This document shows, piece by piece, positions 9,511-19,143 of a stretch of DNA of 24,000 bases. Source of the DNA: Gammaproteobacteria bacterium (lineage in GTDB: Bacteria > Pseudomonadota > Gammaproteobacteria > JAURND01); NCBI GenBank assembly GCA_029266595.1, contig JAQSWO010000020.1:1-24000 (forward strand), in the 5' to 3' direction. Both the position numbers and the translations under genes were made by a program. The notes under the pieces are model-generated. The model made no database searches and was not told where the DNA came from. It was given only the letters and a program-made list of their open reading frames with translations. Positions within the stretch are counted from its first letter, which is position 1, and the number at the start of each line of letters is the position of its first letter.

Positions 9511-10536
9511 CTAATCCCAGCTCAATATCACCTTACCTGCTTCACCCTTACGCATCACCTCAAAGCCCTTCTCAAAATCATCTACATGGAAACGGTGGGT
9601 TATCACAGGACTGATATCCAAGCCACTACGCAGCATGCTGGCCATTTTATACCACGTCTCATACATCTCTCTGCCATAAATTCCCTTCAGCACCAACCCT
9701 TTAAAAATCACCCGGCTCCAATCAACAGCCACGCGCTCAGGCGGAATACCCAGCAATGCAACCTTCCCACCATTACTCATCACGCTCAGCAAATCATTCA
9801 ATGCTTGACCATTGCCGGACATCTCCATACCGACATCAAACCCTTCTTTCATGCCAAGCTGTGACATAACATCTCGCAATGAAGTCTTGCTAACATCTAC
9901 CGCAAGCGTCACACCCATCTTCTCAGCTAGCGCCAAGCGATAAGGATTAATATCGGAAATCACTACAAAGCGCGCACCTGCATGCTTCGCAATAGCTGCA
10001 GCCATGATCCCAATCGGCCCCGCGCCGGTGATTAACACATCTTCACCCAGTACATTAAATGAAAGCGCCGTATGCGTCGCATTGCCCATTGGATCTAAGC
10101 AAGCAGCAACATCATCCGAAATATAATCCGGCAATAAAAACACATTAGAAGCCGGGAAGGCCAAATATTCAGCAAAAGCACCCGTACAGTCATACCCTAT
10201 CCCTCGTGTGTTAGGACATAGATGACGCGAGCCTGCTCGACATTGACGACAATATCCACAGACCAGATGCCCTTCTCCAGAAACTCTATCCCCTATTTTC
10301 AAATGCTTAACTTCACAGCCTACATCAGCAATTTCACCTACAAATTCGTGACCAATGATCAGCGGAACAGGTACCGTTGCCTGAGCCCAAGCATCCCAAT
10401 TATAGATATGCACATCTGTACCACAGATGGCTGTTTTTTTAATCTTGATGAGTACTTCGTTGTGGCCAATTTCGGGAATAGGTGCATCGACCATCCAAAC
10501 GCCAACTTCTGCTTTTTGTTTGCTGATTGTTTTCAA
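9511..10536 (-). CDS. tdh: L-threonine 3-dehydrogenase (probable TTG start)
   Basis: [84 protein letters not shown] at 10536 gives (M)[21 protein letters not shown] and 341 aa, collinear with E. coli Tdh; the longer track ORF runs into the tRNA gene. Confidence 0.93.
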   Translation of the reverse strand: MKTISKQKAEVGVWMVDAPIPEIGHNEVLIKIKKTAICGTDVHIYNWDAWAQATVPVPLIIGHEFVGEIADVGCEVKHLKIGDRVSGEGHLVCGYCRQCRAGSRHLCPNTRGIGYDCTGAFAEYLAFPASNVFLLPDYISDDVAACLDPMGNATHTALSFNVLGEDVLITGAGPIGIMAAAIAKHAGARFVVISDINPYRLALAEKMGVTLAVDVSKTSLRDVMSQLGMKEGFDVGMEMSGNGQALNDLLSVMSNGGKVALLGIPPERVAVDWSRVIFKGLVLKGIYGREMYETWYKMASMLRSGLDISPVITHRFHVDDFEKGFEVMRKGEAGKVILSWD

Positions 10537-10571
10537 GAGCGGCTCACTGAAAGAGATAGAATTGAAAAAAA

Positions 10572-10660
10572 TGGAGGAGAGGGTGGGATTCGAACCCACG
10601 TGGGCTTGCGCCCCATCCGATTTCGAGTCGGTGCCGTTATGGCCACTTCGGTACCCCTCC
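10572..10660 (-). tRNA. tRNA-Ser(CGA)
   Basis: Minus strand GGAGGGG-TA-CCGAAGTGGCCATAACGGCACCGA-CTCGAAA-TCGG... with long variable arm GGGC-GCAA-GCCC, T-arm GTGGG-TTCGAAT-CCCAC, acceptor CCTCTCC, encoded CCA; anticodon CGA at 10625..10623. Confidence 0.95.
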
Positions 10661-10873
10661 CTTAAAAGGTCCCAAAATATACGGAATTTATAGAACCTTG
10701 ACAATATGGGTCGCACTCATACTATCAAAAATGTTAAATTTCCATGCCACATTCAAGACTTAGAATTTGTGACAACTCGCTAGGCCGAGGGAATATGGTT
10801 AACCCAAATCCAAAGCGGCTCATTACACCTAGCATAATAGTAATTATAAAAGGCCTCCAAGGAACTTTTATTC

Positions 10874-11503
10874 ATGGAAGTACCCAACATCATACAAAAA
10901 CCTATCTGTTTTAACTCTATCCGTATCGATCTTACCCGGCGCTACATGCTGGACCACTATGGAATGGCCTCATCTGATATTAATATTAATCCCAGTATGA
11001 TTGTATTGCATTGGACAAACATCCCAACGCTGGAAGCCAGTTTTGATTGTTTATACCCACCTTTACTCTCCAACAGGCCAGAGCTTGAATCACAAGTCAT
11101 GGCGCTAAATGTATCCGCACATTTTCTAGTGGACAGAGATGGCAGTATCTACCAACTCATGCCGATCAACTGGATGGGCAGGCACGTTATAGGACTGAAT
11201 CACGCAGCGATAGGCGTAGAGAATGTTGCTGAAGCGGGCTTTATGGAAAAGCATGCATGCTCACTGACAGATAAGCAAGTTGACGCAAACATCGCGTTAG
11301 TCAGATATGTATGTGAGAAACTGAAAACCATCACCTACTTAATTGGACACCATGAATATCATCTTTTCCGTGGCTCTCATCTCTGGCTTGAAAAAAATCC
11401 ACACTACTTCACAGAAAAACAAGATCCTGGAGATGCATTTATGGAAGCCGTTCGCATGAAAACCAAAGACCTGAGTTTAGCAAGGCTGCCTCTTCCAAAA
11501 TAA
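10874..11503 (+). CDS. N-acetylmuramoyl-L-alanine amidase, Amidase_2/AmpD-like
   Basis: 209 aa; MIVLHWTNIPT, VSAHFLVDRDGSIYQLMPINWMGRHVIGLNHAAIGVENV, LIGHHEY..FRGSHLWLEKNPHYFTEKQDPG carry the zinc-ligand histidine context of Amidase_2 enzymes. Confidence 0.88.
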   Translation: MEVPNIIQKPICFNSIRIDLTRRYMLDHYGMASSDININPSMIVLHWTNIPTLEASFDCLYPPLLSNRPELESQVMALNVSAHFLVDRDGSIYQLMPINWMGRHVIGLNHAAIGVENVAEAGFMEKHACSLTDKQVDANIALVRYVCEKLKTITYLIGHHEYHLFRGSHLWLEKNPHYFTEKQDPGDAFMEAVRMKTKDLSLARLPLPK

Positions 11504-11682
11504 TAGGTCAGCCTCTACCAAAACTGACACAAATGGCCAGATTTTAGATGAAGGCAGAACAACTGCTATATAGCTCTACACCCCAGCTCTTTATGCATTT
11601 CCATTCCCACACAAGAGCGTAGGAACGAGTAGAAAGGTCTATCATAACCCTAGGCGCCAAGGCTACATGAAAATTGCCCAAT

Positions 11683-12234
11683 CTATCCAAACTCCCTAAT
11701 AAAATTCTCCTTATAATGTCGCAACTCCGCAATCGAATCATGGATATCTTGAAGCGCCATATGCTGTGATTCTCTCTTAGTTGTAGAGAGAATTTCCGGA
11801 GCCCAATGGTAAGCAAGAATCTTAACTGTGCTTACATCCAAATTTCGATAATGAAAGTATTGTTCCAGTTTAGGCATCCAACGATAGAGAAACCGGCGGT
11901 CTTGGCAAATACTACTACCACACATGGGAGATTTTCCAGGAGGGGTATAACGCATGAGAAACTCTATCATCTCAGCCTGCGCCTCTTCATTTGTGATGGT
12001 GCTATTCTTGACACGCTCAATTAAACCAGACTTTCCATGCTGCTTAGTATTCCATTCATCCATGGCATCTAACACGCTATCAGGTTGATGAATAGCAAAT
12101 ACAGGGGATTCCGCCAACACTTCCAATTGTGGATTTGTGATCACTGCAGCCATTTCAATAATACGGTCTTGGTCAGGATTAAGACCTGTCATTTCAAGAT
12201 CAATCCAAATGAGGTTGTTTCGGTGAGGGTTCAT
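11683..12234 (-). CDS. orn: oligoribonuclease Orn
   Basis: Start at 12234 (track start 12339): [33 protein letters not shown]...[27 protein letters not shown]...[19 protein letters not shown]; SD AGGA upstream. Confidence 0.95.
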   Translation of the reverse strand: MNPHRNNLIWIDLEMTGLNPDQDRIIEMAAVITNPQLEVLAESPVFAIHQPDSVLDAMDEWNTKQHGKSGLIERVKNSTITNEEAQAEMIEFLMRYTPPGKSPMCGSSICQDRRFLYRWMPKLEQYFHYRNLDVSTVKILAYHWAPEILSTTKRESQHMALQDIHDSIAELRHYKENFIREFG

Positions 12235-12568
12235 GCAGTTTTCCTGTTTTGTAAGGGGGATAATAACAGCGGGTTTAAAACGCTGTAAAAGCGATACCCC
12301 TTCAAGAGTATATTTTTGCAAGAACCTGGGTTCCAACAACGATAACCATGTATTTTCACATTTGCAAGGTAACTACTTTATTCACCAGGACCCTATCTAT
12401 GGGTTTTGAGTAAAAAGAAAGCCCTGGTTTTAAAAGGCGTATTATAGTTGCAAATAGAAGCCTGTAAACAAAACATCAGCACAGGTCGACAAAGTTATAT
12501 TTTGCATTTAACTAAAGAATAATTATGATGAAAAAATCAATACCGTATTAATAATTTTTAAAAGCCTG

Positions 12569-15500
12569 TTAACTACGCGTCAATTCATACACCACTTTAA
12601 CTTCCTTAAAAATCGCACCTAATGACGACAACAAAGCCTCACTCGGCACGACTCTCCACATATCTCCCAATGCCACCGTAGCCTTTGCATCAGATCGATG
12701 GTAGGAGATCAACACAGGACACTGTCCACCCAGAAATGGTTGAAGTATCTCTTTAAGCTGATCAACAAAGGCTTTATCAACTTTAGACTGTTCAACTGTA
12801 ACTAGAATATGATTTGCGTACTTCTCCCTGGCAGCAGTAAGTTGATATAGCTGATTCGCAAGAAGCTTGTTCCCTTCCGTAAAATCATCTACAACCACTT
12901 CTCCCTCCACTACCAGCAGTTGGTCCTTCACTAATAACTCACGGCAGGTTTCGTATAACCTGGGAAAAACCGTTAAATCAATACGCGACATTCTATCCTC
13001 TAAGGTTAGAAGCGCCATTTGTCCACCTGTTTTGGTACGCATGATTTTTAGTGCCGTAACATAACCAGCTGTCGTAATACTCTTTCCTTTTTCTGGTCTG
13101 AGCGTGGTAATAGGCGCGGTAATAAAAGCAGCAAGCTCTGCTTCATATCGCATGATAGGATGCCCGGAAACATACCAACCTAATGTTTCTTTCTCCCCCA
13201 ATAGGCGTTCTTCATCGGGCCACTTAGGTGCGTCAACGTAGTTAATGGCATGATCGAAAAATTCATCTCCAAAGCATCCACCGAATAAATCATCTTGTTT
13301 GACTGCCTGTGTTTTTACATGTTGGTCAGCTGTTTGAAGCGCCGCATCAATTGAAGCAAACAGTACAGCCCTATCCTTACCAAAACCGTCCAGAGTTCCA
13401 GAACGAATCAATGCATCTAATACTTTTCGGTTAATCTTGCGAGTTTCAACACTCGCACACAGCGTAAATAAATCTTTGAAAACGCCCTTTTCCTTCCTTG
13501 CCGCCAAGATACCATCCACTACCGCCTGACCAACACCCTTAATGGCACCTAGACCGTAAATGATATCGCCCGCATCACTCACAGTAAATTTGTACTCACT
13601 TATATTGATGTCAGGTGGGCGAACCACTATTCCTAGTTTCTGGATGTCATCGATAAAGCGAACCACTTTATCCGTGTTATCCATGTCTGACGATAAAACC
13701 GCTGCCATAAACTCAGCAGGGTAATGCGCTTTGAGCCAAGCTGTTTGATATGCCAACAAAGCATAAGCTGCTGAGTGCGACTTGTTAAAACCGTAGTCCG
13801 CAAACTTTTCCATAATGTCGAAAATTTCTGTCGCTGTTTTTTCATCCACTCCATTGGCTTTGGCACCTTTGGTAAAAATCTCCCGCTGCTTAGCCATTTC
13901 TTCAGGCTTTTTCTTACCCATAGCACGACGCAAAATATCTGCACCACCTAGCGTATAACCCGCCAACACTTGTGCAATCTGCATCACCTGATCTTGATAG
14001 ACGATAACGCCATAAGATGGTCTAAGAATAGATTCTAGAGAGGGATGCGGATAGGAAACCTTAGCCAAACCATGTTTACGATTAACAAAATCGTCCGCCA
14101 TGCCCGATTGTAGTGGACCAGGTCTATACAAGGCCACCAAGGACATGACATCATCAAAACAATCAGGCTGCAGCCTATGGATCAGCTCTTTAATACCTCT
14201 AGATTCTAATTGAAATACGGCTGTGGTTTGGCAGGATTTTAAAAGATTAAATACTTTTTCGTCATTTAGCGGGAGCTTATCTAAGAAAATCGGCGATTCA
14301 CGATTTTTTTCTCGGCGGGCATTAATGGCTTGTAATGCCCAATCCATGATGGTTAGTGTCCGCAATCCTAAAAAGTCGAACTTCACCAAACCCACTGCTT
14401 CTATATCATCTTTATCGAATTGTGTGACCCTATGCTCACCCCCCTCTTCGCAAAAAAGCGGCGTAAAATCGGTTAACACAGATGGCGCGATAACAACACC
14501 GCCAGCGTGCTTACCCGCATTACGTGGCACACCTTCTAGTTTCATCGCTAAATCTATGAGGGTTTTTACATCTTCTTCAGCGTCATACCGCTGTTGTAAC
14601 TGTGGCTCAATATTCAGCGCTTTAGATAAGGTTATACCTAATTCAAATGGAATGAGTTTGGCGATTTTGTCGACAAAACCGTAAGGATAACCCAAGGTCC
14701 GCCCCACGTCTCGGACCACTGCTTTAGCTGCCATAGTGCCATAAGTGATGATTTGCGCGACGCTATCTCTACCGTATTTGTCCGCAACATATTCAATGAC
14801 ACGATCACGACCCTCCATACAAAAGTCGATATCAAAGTCAGCGACAGAAACACGTTCTGGATTGAGAAATCGCTCAAAGAGGAGATCATAATAGAGGGAG
14901 TCTACGTCAGTGATTTCCAATGCATACGCAACTAATGAACCCGCACCTGACCCTCTTCCTGGTCCCACAAAAATCTTGTGCCGCTTAGCCCAACGTATAA
15001 AATCTGCGACAATCAAAAAATATCCAGGAAATCCCATCTTTTGAATCACACTGATTTCTTGTTGCAAGCGCTCATCATAGGGTTTTCGTTTTTCTGCAAA
15101 GTCTGGCGCATTAACATCAAAGATTGCGGCTAATCTCTTCTCTAAACCTTGCTCCGCATCTTGTTTGAAATATTCATCTACACTAATCCCTTCAGGTACC
15201 GGAAAATTCGGTAGATAATTCTGGCCTAAATTCAAGGTTAAAGTACAACGCTTAGCAATCTCTACTGTATTGGCTAGCGCGCTAGGAATATCAGCGAATA
15301 ACTCAAGCATTTCTGCTTCGGTACGGAGATATTGCTCTTCACTATAACGCTTCACTCGACGACTATCATCTAGCACCCACCCGTCATGAATACATACCCG
15401 TGCCTCGTGCGCTTCAAAATCTTCTCGATTTAAAAACCTCACGTCATTGGTTGCAACCACAGGAATGCCTTTGTCTACAGCTAACTTTACGGCCTGTTGA

Positions 15501-16045
15501 ATATATTGGTTTTCCTGCGGACGACCTGTTCGTTGTAACTCTATGTAAAACCGATCTGGGAAAAGCGTTTGCCATTCCACTAATAAAGCTTCTGCTAAAC
15601 TTTGTTGTTCGGCCAATAGCGCTATACCGATCTCTCCTTCCCTCCCTCCGGAAAGTGCAATCAAACCGTCCGTTGCGCCTACAAGCCAAGACTTATTGAT
15701 CAATGGCACGCCCGCATACTGCCCTTCTAAATAAGCTTTTGAGATCAAACGCGTTAGATTTTTGTAGCCCACATCATTTTGACAGAGTAATACGACCCTG
15801 GAGGTTTTCTGTTTATCATCCTCTTTATGGATCAGTAACTCCGCACCAATAATAGGCTTGACGCCCGCAGCGAGCGCTGCACGATAGAATTTCACCATGG
15901 CAAATAAATTGCATTGATCGGTGATAGCAATAGCAGGCATACGATTGGCTTGCATCGCGCGCACCAATGGCTTGATGCCAACAATGCCATCGACAAGGGA
16001 GTATTCGCTATGGAGGTGGAGGTGTACGAAGCGTGGTATGGACAT
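12569..16045 (-). CDS. dnaE: DNA polymerase III subunit alpha
   Basis: About 1158 aa; FVHLHLHSEYSLVDG (PHP domain), GPGRGSGAGSLVAYALEITDVDSLYYDLLFERFLNPERVSVADFDIDFCMEGRDRVIEYV, SYGVIVYQDQVMQIAQVLAGYTLGGADILRRAMGKK. Confidence 0.98.
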   Translation of the reverse strand: MSIPRFVHLHLHSEYSLVDGIVGIKPLVRAMQANRMPAIAITDQCNLFAMVKFYRAALAAGVKPIIGAELLIHKEDDKQKTSRVVLLCQNDVGYKNLTRLISKAYLEGQYAGVPLINKSWLVGATDGLIALSGGREGEIGIALLAEQQSLAEALLVEWQTLFPDRFYIELQRTGRPQENQYIQQAVKLAVDKGIPVVATNDVRFLNREDFEAHEARVCIHDGWVLDDSRRVKRYSEEQYLRTEAEMLELFADIPSALANTVEIAKRCTLTLNLGQNYLPNFPVPEGISVDEYFKQDAEQGLEKRLAAIFDVNAPDFAEKRKPYDERLQQEISVIQKMGFPGYFLIVADFIRWAKRHKIFVGPGRGSGAGSLVAYALEITDVDSLYYDLLFERFLNPERVSVADFDIDFCMEGRDRVIEYVADKYGRDSVAQIITYGTMAAKAVVRDVGRTLGYPYGFVDKIAKLIPFELGITLSKALNIEPQLQQRYDAEEDVKTLIDLAMKLEGVPRNAGKHAGGVVIAPSVLTDFTPLFCEEGGEHRVTQFDKDDIEAVGLVKFDFLGLRTLTIMDWALQAINARREKNRESPIFLDKLPLNDEKVFNLLKSCQTTAVFQLESRGIKELIHRLQPDCFDDVMSLVALYRPGPLQSGMADDFVNRKHGLAKVSYPHPSLESILRPSYGVIVYQDQVMQIAQVLAGYTLGGADILRRAMGKKKPEEMAKQREIFTKGAKANGVDEKTATEIFDIMEKFADYGFNKSHSAAYALLAYQTAWLKAHYPAEFMAAVLSSDMDNTDKVVRFIDDIQKLGIVVRPPDINISEYKFTVSDAGDIIYGLGAIKGVGQAVVDGILAARKEKGVFKDLFTLCASVETRKINRKVLDALIRSGTLDGFGKDRAVLFASIDAALQTADQHVKTQAVKQDDLFGGCFGDEFFDHAINYVDAPKWPDEERLLGEKETLGWYVSGHPIMRYEAELAAFITAPITTLRPEKGKSITTAGYVTALKIMRTKTGGQMALLTLEDRMSRIDLTVFPRLYETCRELLVKDQLLVVEGEVVVDDFTEGNKLLANQLYQLTAAREKYANHILVTVEQSKVDKAFVDQLKEILQPFLGGQCPVLISYHRSDAKATVALGDMWRVVPSEALLSSLGAIFKEVKVVYELTRS

Positions 16046-16097
16046 ATACAACTTTAAGAAATTGAGAACAAGGCGCGAATAATAGCAGAAAGCCTAA

Positions 16098-16174
16098 GAG
16101 CCTGTCTAAAATCTTACTATGCTAGATATTTGTGCGTGTTTTCTAATTCAGCCCACCAGATTTTAAACAGGCTC
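16098..16174. mobile_element. MITE-like element, 77 bp, 17-bp terminal inverted repeats, TAA target-site duplication
   Basis: GAGCCTGTCTAAAATCT (16098-16114) and AGATTTTAAACAGGCTC (16158-16174) are inverted repeats matching 16/17; TAA directly flanks both ends (16095-16097 and 16175-16177) in a CTAA...TAAG context. Confidence 0.75.
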
Positions 16175-16211
16175 TAAGAAAGTACATATAACGAGGGAAT
16201 TATCTAACAGG

Positions 16212-16270
16212 GACAAAATTGCCTTGTATTTTGTCTTACCTGAAGACAAAATTGCCCCGTATTTTATTCT
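16212..16270. repeat. two-copy direct repeat GACAAAATTGCC(TT/CC)GTATTTT
   Basis: Copies start at 16212 and 16245 (33-nt period), sharing GACAAAATTGCC and GTATTTT; the first also contains GACAAAAT...ATTTTGTC inverted arms. Ends about 24 nt before the ATG of the ATPase fragment. Confidence 0.65.
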
Positions 16271-16293
16271 TCGCCTCTAAAGGCCTCCTCACT

Positions 16294-16380
16294 ATGGACT
16301 TTAATAGAACAGAATTAGACAATTTAAAAACATGGGCAACCTCAAAAAAGCATAAACCCATCATCATTATATGGATAAAT
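16294..16380 (+). pseudogene. N-terminal remnant of a DUF4143-type AAA ATPase
   Basis: MDFNRTELDNLKTWATSKKHKPIIIMDK* resembles the conserved N-terminus (L..W..S..RKPLIIRGARQVGKT) that precedes Walker A in this ATPase family; no P-loop follows. Confidence 0.45.
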
Positions 16381-16422
16381 GAATTTTAAGATAAAAATCT
16401 GCTTATCCCTAATTCACGTTAA

Positions 16423-17010
16423 TTAAATATCCTTTTCCAGCACCTGTCTTACAGGCGCAAAAGAGCGTCTATGCTGAGGACAAGGTCCTAGCTTATTAAG
16501 TGCGACCATATGCTTCTCTGTCCCATATCCCTTATGCTGCGCAAAACCATAACCGGGATAAAGCATGTCTAGAGCCAACATTTCGCGGTCACGCAGCACT
16601 TTAGCTAAGATAGATGCTGCACTAATGGCAGGTATTTTCTGGTCGCCCTTTATAATCGCTTCAACACTATGCGGAAGGCCAGGGCAATGCTTACCATCTA
16701 TCAATACACGATTGGGTTGCAGCGGCAATGCCAATACTGCCCTTTGCATAGCGAGGAGACTGGCCTGAAAAATATTGATACGATCAATTTCTTCCACCTC
16801 GGCACGTCCTACGGCCCAAGCCAACACACTAGACTGAATTAGAGGAAACAAGGCCTCACGTTTCTTTTCCGAAAGCACCTTAGAATCTGCCAGCCCATCA
16901 ATAGGAGACGCTGGATTAAGTATGACTGCAGCAGCCAAAACTGGACCTGCAAGAGGCCCTCTTCCTACTTCGTCTACACCAGCAACCAGTAATTCCGTTG
17001 GTTTGAACAT
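16423..17010 (-). CDS. rnhB: ribonuclease HII
   Basis: Start at 17010 (track start 17079): [31 protein letters not shown]...[14 protein letters not shown]...[14 protein letters not shown]...[14 protein letters not shown]. Confidence 0.96.
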   Translation of the reverse strand: MFKPTELLVAGVDEVGRGPLAGPVLAAAVILNPASPIDGLADSKVLSEKKREALFPLIQSSVLAWAVGRAEVEEIDRINIFQASLLAMQRAVLALPLQPNRVLIDGKHCPGLPHSVEAIIKGDQKIPAISAASILAKVLRDREMLALDMLYPGYGFAQHKGYGTEKHMVALNKLGPCPQHRRSFAPVRQVLEKDI

Positions 17011-17133
17011 AGCAATGTCCTTAAAGAGGAGATGACATGCTAGGCTGTCATCTTGACGACTAATTGATTCCACCCACAAAAAATGAGACCATCCCGGCTC
17101 TTTTATTCAAGATATTAAGGTAACTGAAGTCCC

Positions 17134-18099
17134 ATGAGAAAGAAAATCAAATGTGGCGTTGTGGGCGTTGGGTATTTGGGTCAATTTCACGCTGAAAAAT
17201 ACGCTAACCTACCCAATGCTGATTTAATCAGCGTTTGTGACATTGATGCAGAACGTGTCAAAGAAATCGCAAGCAAATATAACACTAGCAGTACCACAGA
17301 CTACCATGCACTAGTAGGGGCCGTAGATGCTGTCAGTATTGCCACCCCAACACAGTTCCACCACAAGATTGCCAAATTCTTTCTTGAAAATAATATCCAC
17401 GTTCTTCTAGAAAAACCCATTACCTCCACGGTTAAAGAAGCTGATGAGCTCATCACTCTGGCTGAAAAAAACGGGCTTATCCTGCAAGTGGGCCATTTGG
17501 AAAGATTCAACACCGTTGTCAACGCATTAGAAAAATATCTAGACAAACCCCGCTTCATCGAATGCATCCGTTTAGCGCCATTCAAGCCCAGAGGAATCGA
17601 TGTTAACGTCGTTCTAGACTTAATGATTCATGACATAGACCTCATCCAATATATCGTCGGCTCTCCTATCAAAAGCTTACAAGCCACTGGTGCGCGTGTA
17701 CTATCTGATGGTATTGATCTCGCAAATGCGCACATCCACTTTGAAAATCACTGCGTAGCTAATGTCACAGCAAGTCGCGTCAGCTTAAAGCAAGAAAGAA
17801 AAATTCGCGTGTTTCAACAGGAAGCGCACATCGCCATTGATCTTCAACATAAACAACTTTCAGTGAATCGCAAAGGCTCTAACGAAATGTTCCCCGGCAT
17901 ACCTGAAATCATCAGAGAAGAACAAGCTTTTGACAAAGGCGACGCCCTAAAAGATGAGATTATCTCCTTCCTAGACGCTATCACACATAACCGACCTCCT
18001 GTCGTTTCTGGCCATGACGGTAAAATGGCATTAGCGACTGCCATTGAGATTACGAATATCGTGCATAAGCAAATGAGCCTCTTCCAAACACATGCTTAA
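17134..18099 (+). CDS. Gfo/Idh/MocA family NAD(P)-dependent oxidoreductase; possible sugar-nucleotide (GnnA-like) dehydrogenase
   Basis: 321 aa; GVVGVGYLGQFHAEKYANLP, VDAVSIATPTQFHH, VLLEKPITSTVKEADEL, LDLMIHDIDLI; overlaps the lpxB start by 8 bp, suggesting a lipid A-related role. Confidence 0.85.
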   Translation: MRKKIKCGVVGVGYLGQFHAEKYANLPNADLISVCDIDAERVKEIASKYNTSSTTDYHALVGAVDAVSIATPTQFHHKIAKFFLENNIHVLLEKPITSTVKEADELITLAEKNGLILQVGHLERFNTVVNALEKYLDKPRFIECIRLAPFKPRGIDVNVVLDLMIHDIDLIQYIVGSPIKSLQATGARVLSDGIDLANAHIHFENHCVANVTASRVSLKQERKIRVFQQEAHIAIDLQHKQLSVNRKGSNEMFPGIPEIIREEQAFDKGDALKDEIISFLDAITHNRPPVVSGHDGKMALATAIEITNIVHKQMSLFQTHA

Positions 18100-19044
18100 G
18101 CGCGTTCTCATCCTGTCTGGTGAAGCGTCTGGCGACCATCATGCTGCCGAACTGGTTAAAGCTACGTTCGCCATAAATCCTGACATTTACTTCTTTGGCA
18201 TGGGCGGAGAGAACATGCGAGCAGCAGGTGTAGACATCGTCGTTGATGCCAAAGACATGGCTGTCGTGGGTGCAATTGGGCGTGGAAACGCAAACGCGTC
18301 CATACCATCCGAGAACGCGTCAACAAAATGTTAGTGATTTTTCCATTCGAAGAGGTTTTCTACCAAGAAGCTGGCGTGCCTGTTGAATTCGTTGGACATC
18401 CTTTGGCGGGTAAGGTAAAGCCCGACCAAGATAAACAAACTATGCGAGCACGTCTTAATATTGATGACAACAAACGTGTGGTTGGTTTGTTGCCAGGAAG
18501 CCGAAAAGGTGAAATTAAACGTCTATTACCTGTCATGCTGCAATCTGCCGAGACTCTTCAAAACAGCCATCCTAACTTGGTTTTTTTGATCCCCCTCGCC
18601 TCTTCCCTATCACCAAAAGACTTAGCACCTTATCTTGCATCCACAACATTGGATATCCGGCTCGTAGAAAACAATTTTTATAACGCAGTACAGCTTTGCG
18701 AAGCGGCCATCGTGACATCAGGCACAGCTACACTAGAAACCGCATTACTAACCATTCCTATGATGATTATCTACAAGGCCTCATGGTCTACTTATCAGAT
18801 TGTGAAGCGGATTATCCACATTCCCTATATAGGCTTATGCAATATTGTGGCAGGAAAATCGATAGTAAAAGAGTTTATTCAAGATGCGGCCAATGTTGAA
18901 AATCTTAGTCAAGAAGTGGAACGTATTTTGAATGATGAGGCATACAGAACAACGATGGTGAGCGAGTTACAGCAGGTCAAAGGAAAACTAGGGCTGCCTG
19001 GCGGCAGCGAAAAAGCTGCTAAAGCTTTAATCGCATTGTTATAA
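18092..19044 (+). pseudogene. lpxB: lipid-A-disaccharide synthase, disrupted by an internal out-of-frame deletion
   Basis: Frame 1: MLKRVLILSGEASGDHHAAELVKA...FFGMGGENMRAAGVDIVVDAKDMAVVGAI; then from 18277 in another frame WAWKRKRVHTIRERVNKMLVIFPFEEVFYQEAGVPVEFVGHPLAGKV...LLPGSRKGEI...TSGTATLE. About 60 codons expected between the two parts are absent. Confidence 0.88.
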
Positions 19045-19143
19045 AAAAGCAAACGCCAATTTAGAACAGCCTCTTCATCTGACCTACTGCGCCAATTATC
19101 CAGATACAAGCCGGATGCTTGATACCCATTTATGATTCTTAGT

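Noticed and set aside
10222-10693. Plus-strand ORFs containing [11 protein letters not shown] and [11 protein letters not shown]
   Set aside because: These peptides are the well-known spurious translations of tRNA genes; the sequence is the tRNA-Ser(CGA) on the minus strand and antisense tdh.
10537-10716. N-terminal 60-aa extension of the tdh ORF in the track
   Set aside because: It overlaps the tRNA gene; the TTG at 10536 gives a protein collinear with 341-aa Tdh.
11544-12288. ORFs 11544..11816, 11806..12024, 12085..12288 on the plus strand
   Set aside because: Mostly antisense to orn, with no recognisable domain.
12867-14935. Multiple plus- and minus-strand ORFs inside dnaE (12867..13064, 13633..13947, 14223..14684, 14638..14889, 14753..14935, 15400..15699)
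   Set aside because: Shadow ORFs of the 3.5-kb dnaE coding sequence.
17031-17052. GATGACA...TGTCATC hairpin upstream of rnhB
   Set aside because: A single 7-bp hairpin in an ordinary divergent intergenic region; could be part of a promoter or leader but nothing specific supports it.
18696-18899. Plus-strand ORF MRSGHRDIRHSYTRNRITNHSYDD
   Set aside because: Alternative frame of the lpxB 3' part.
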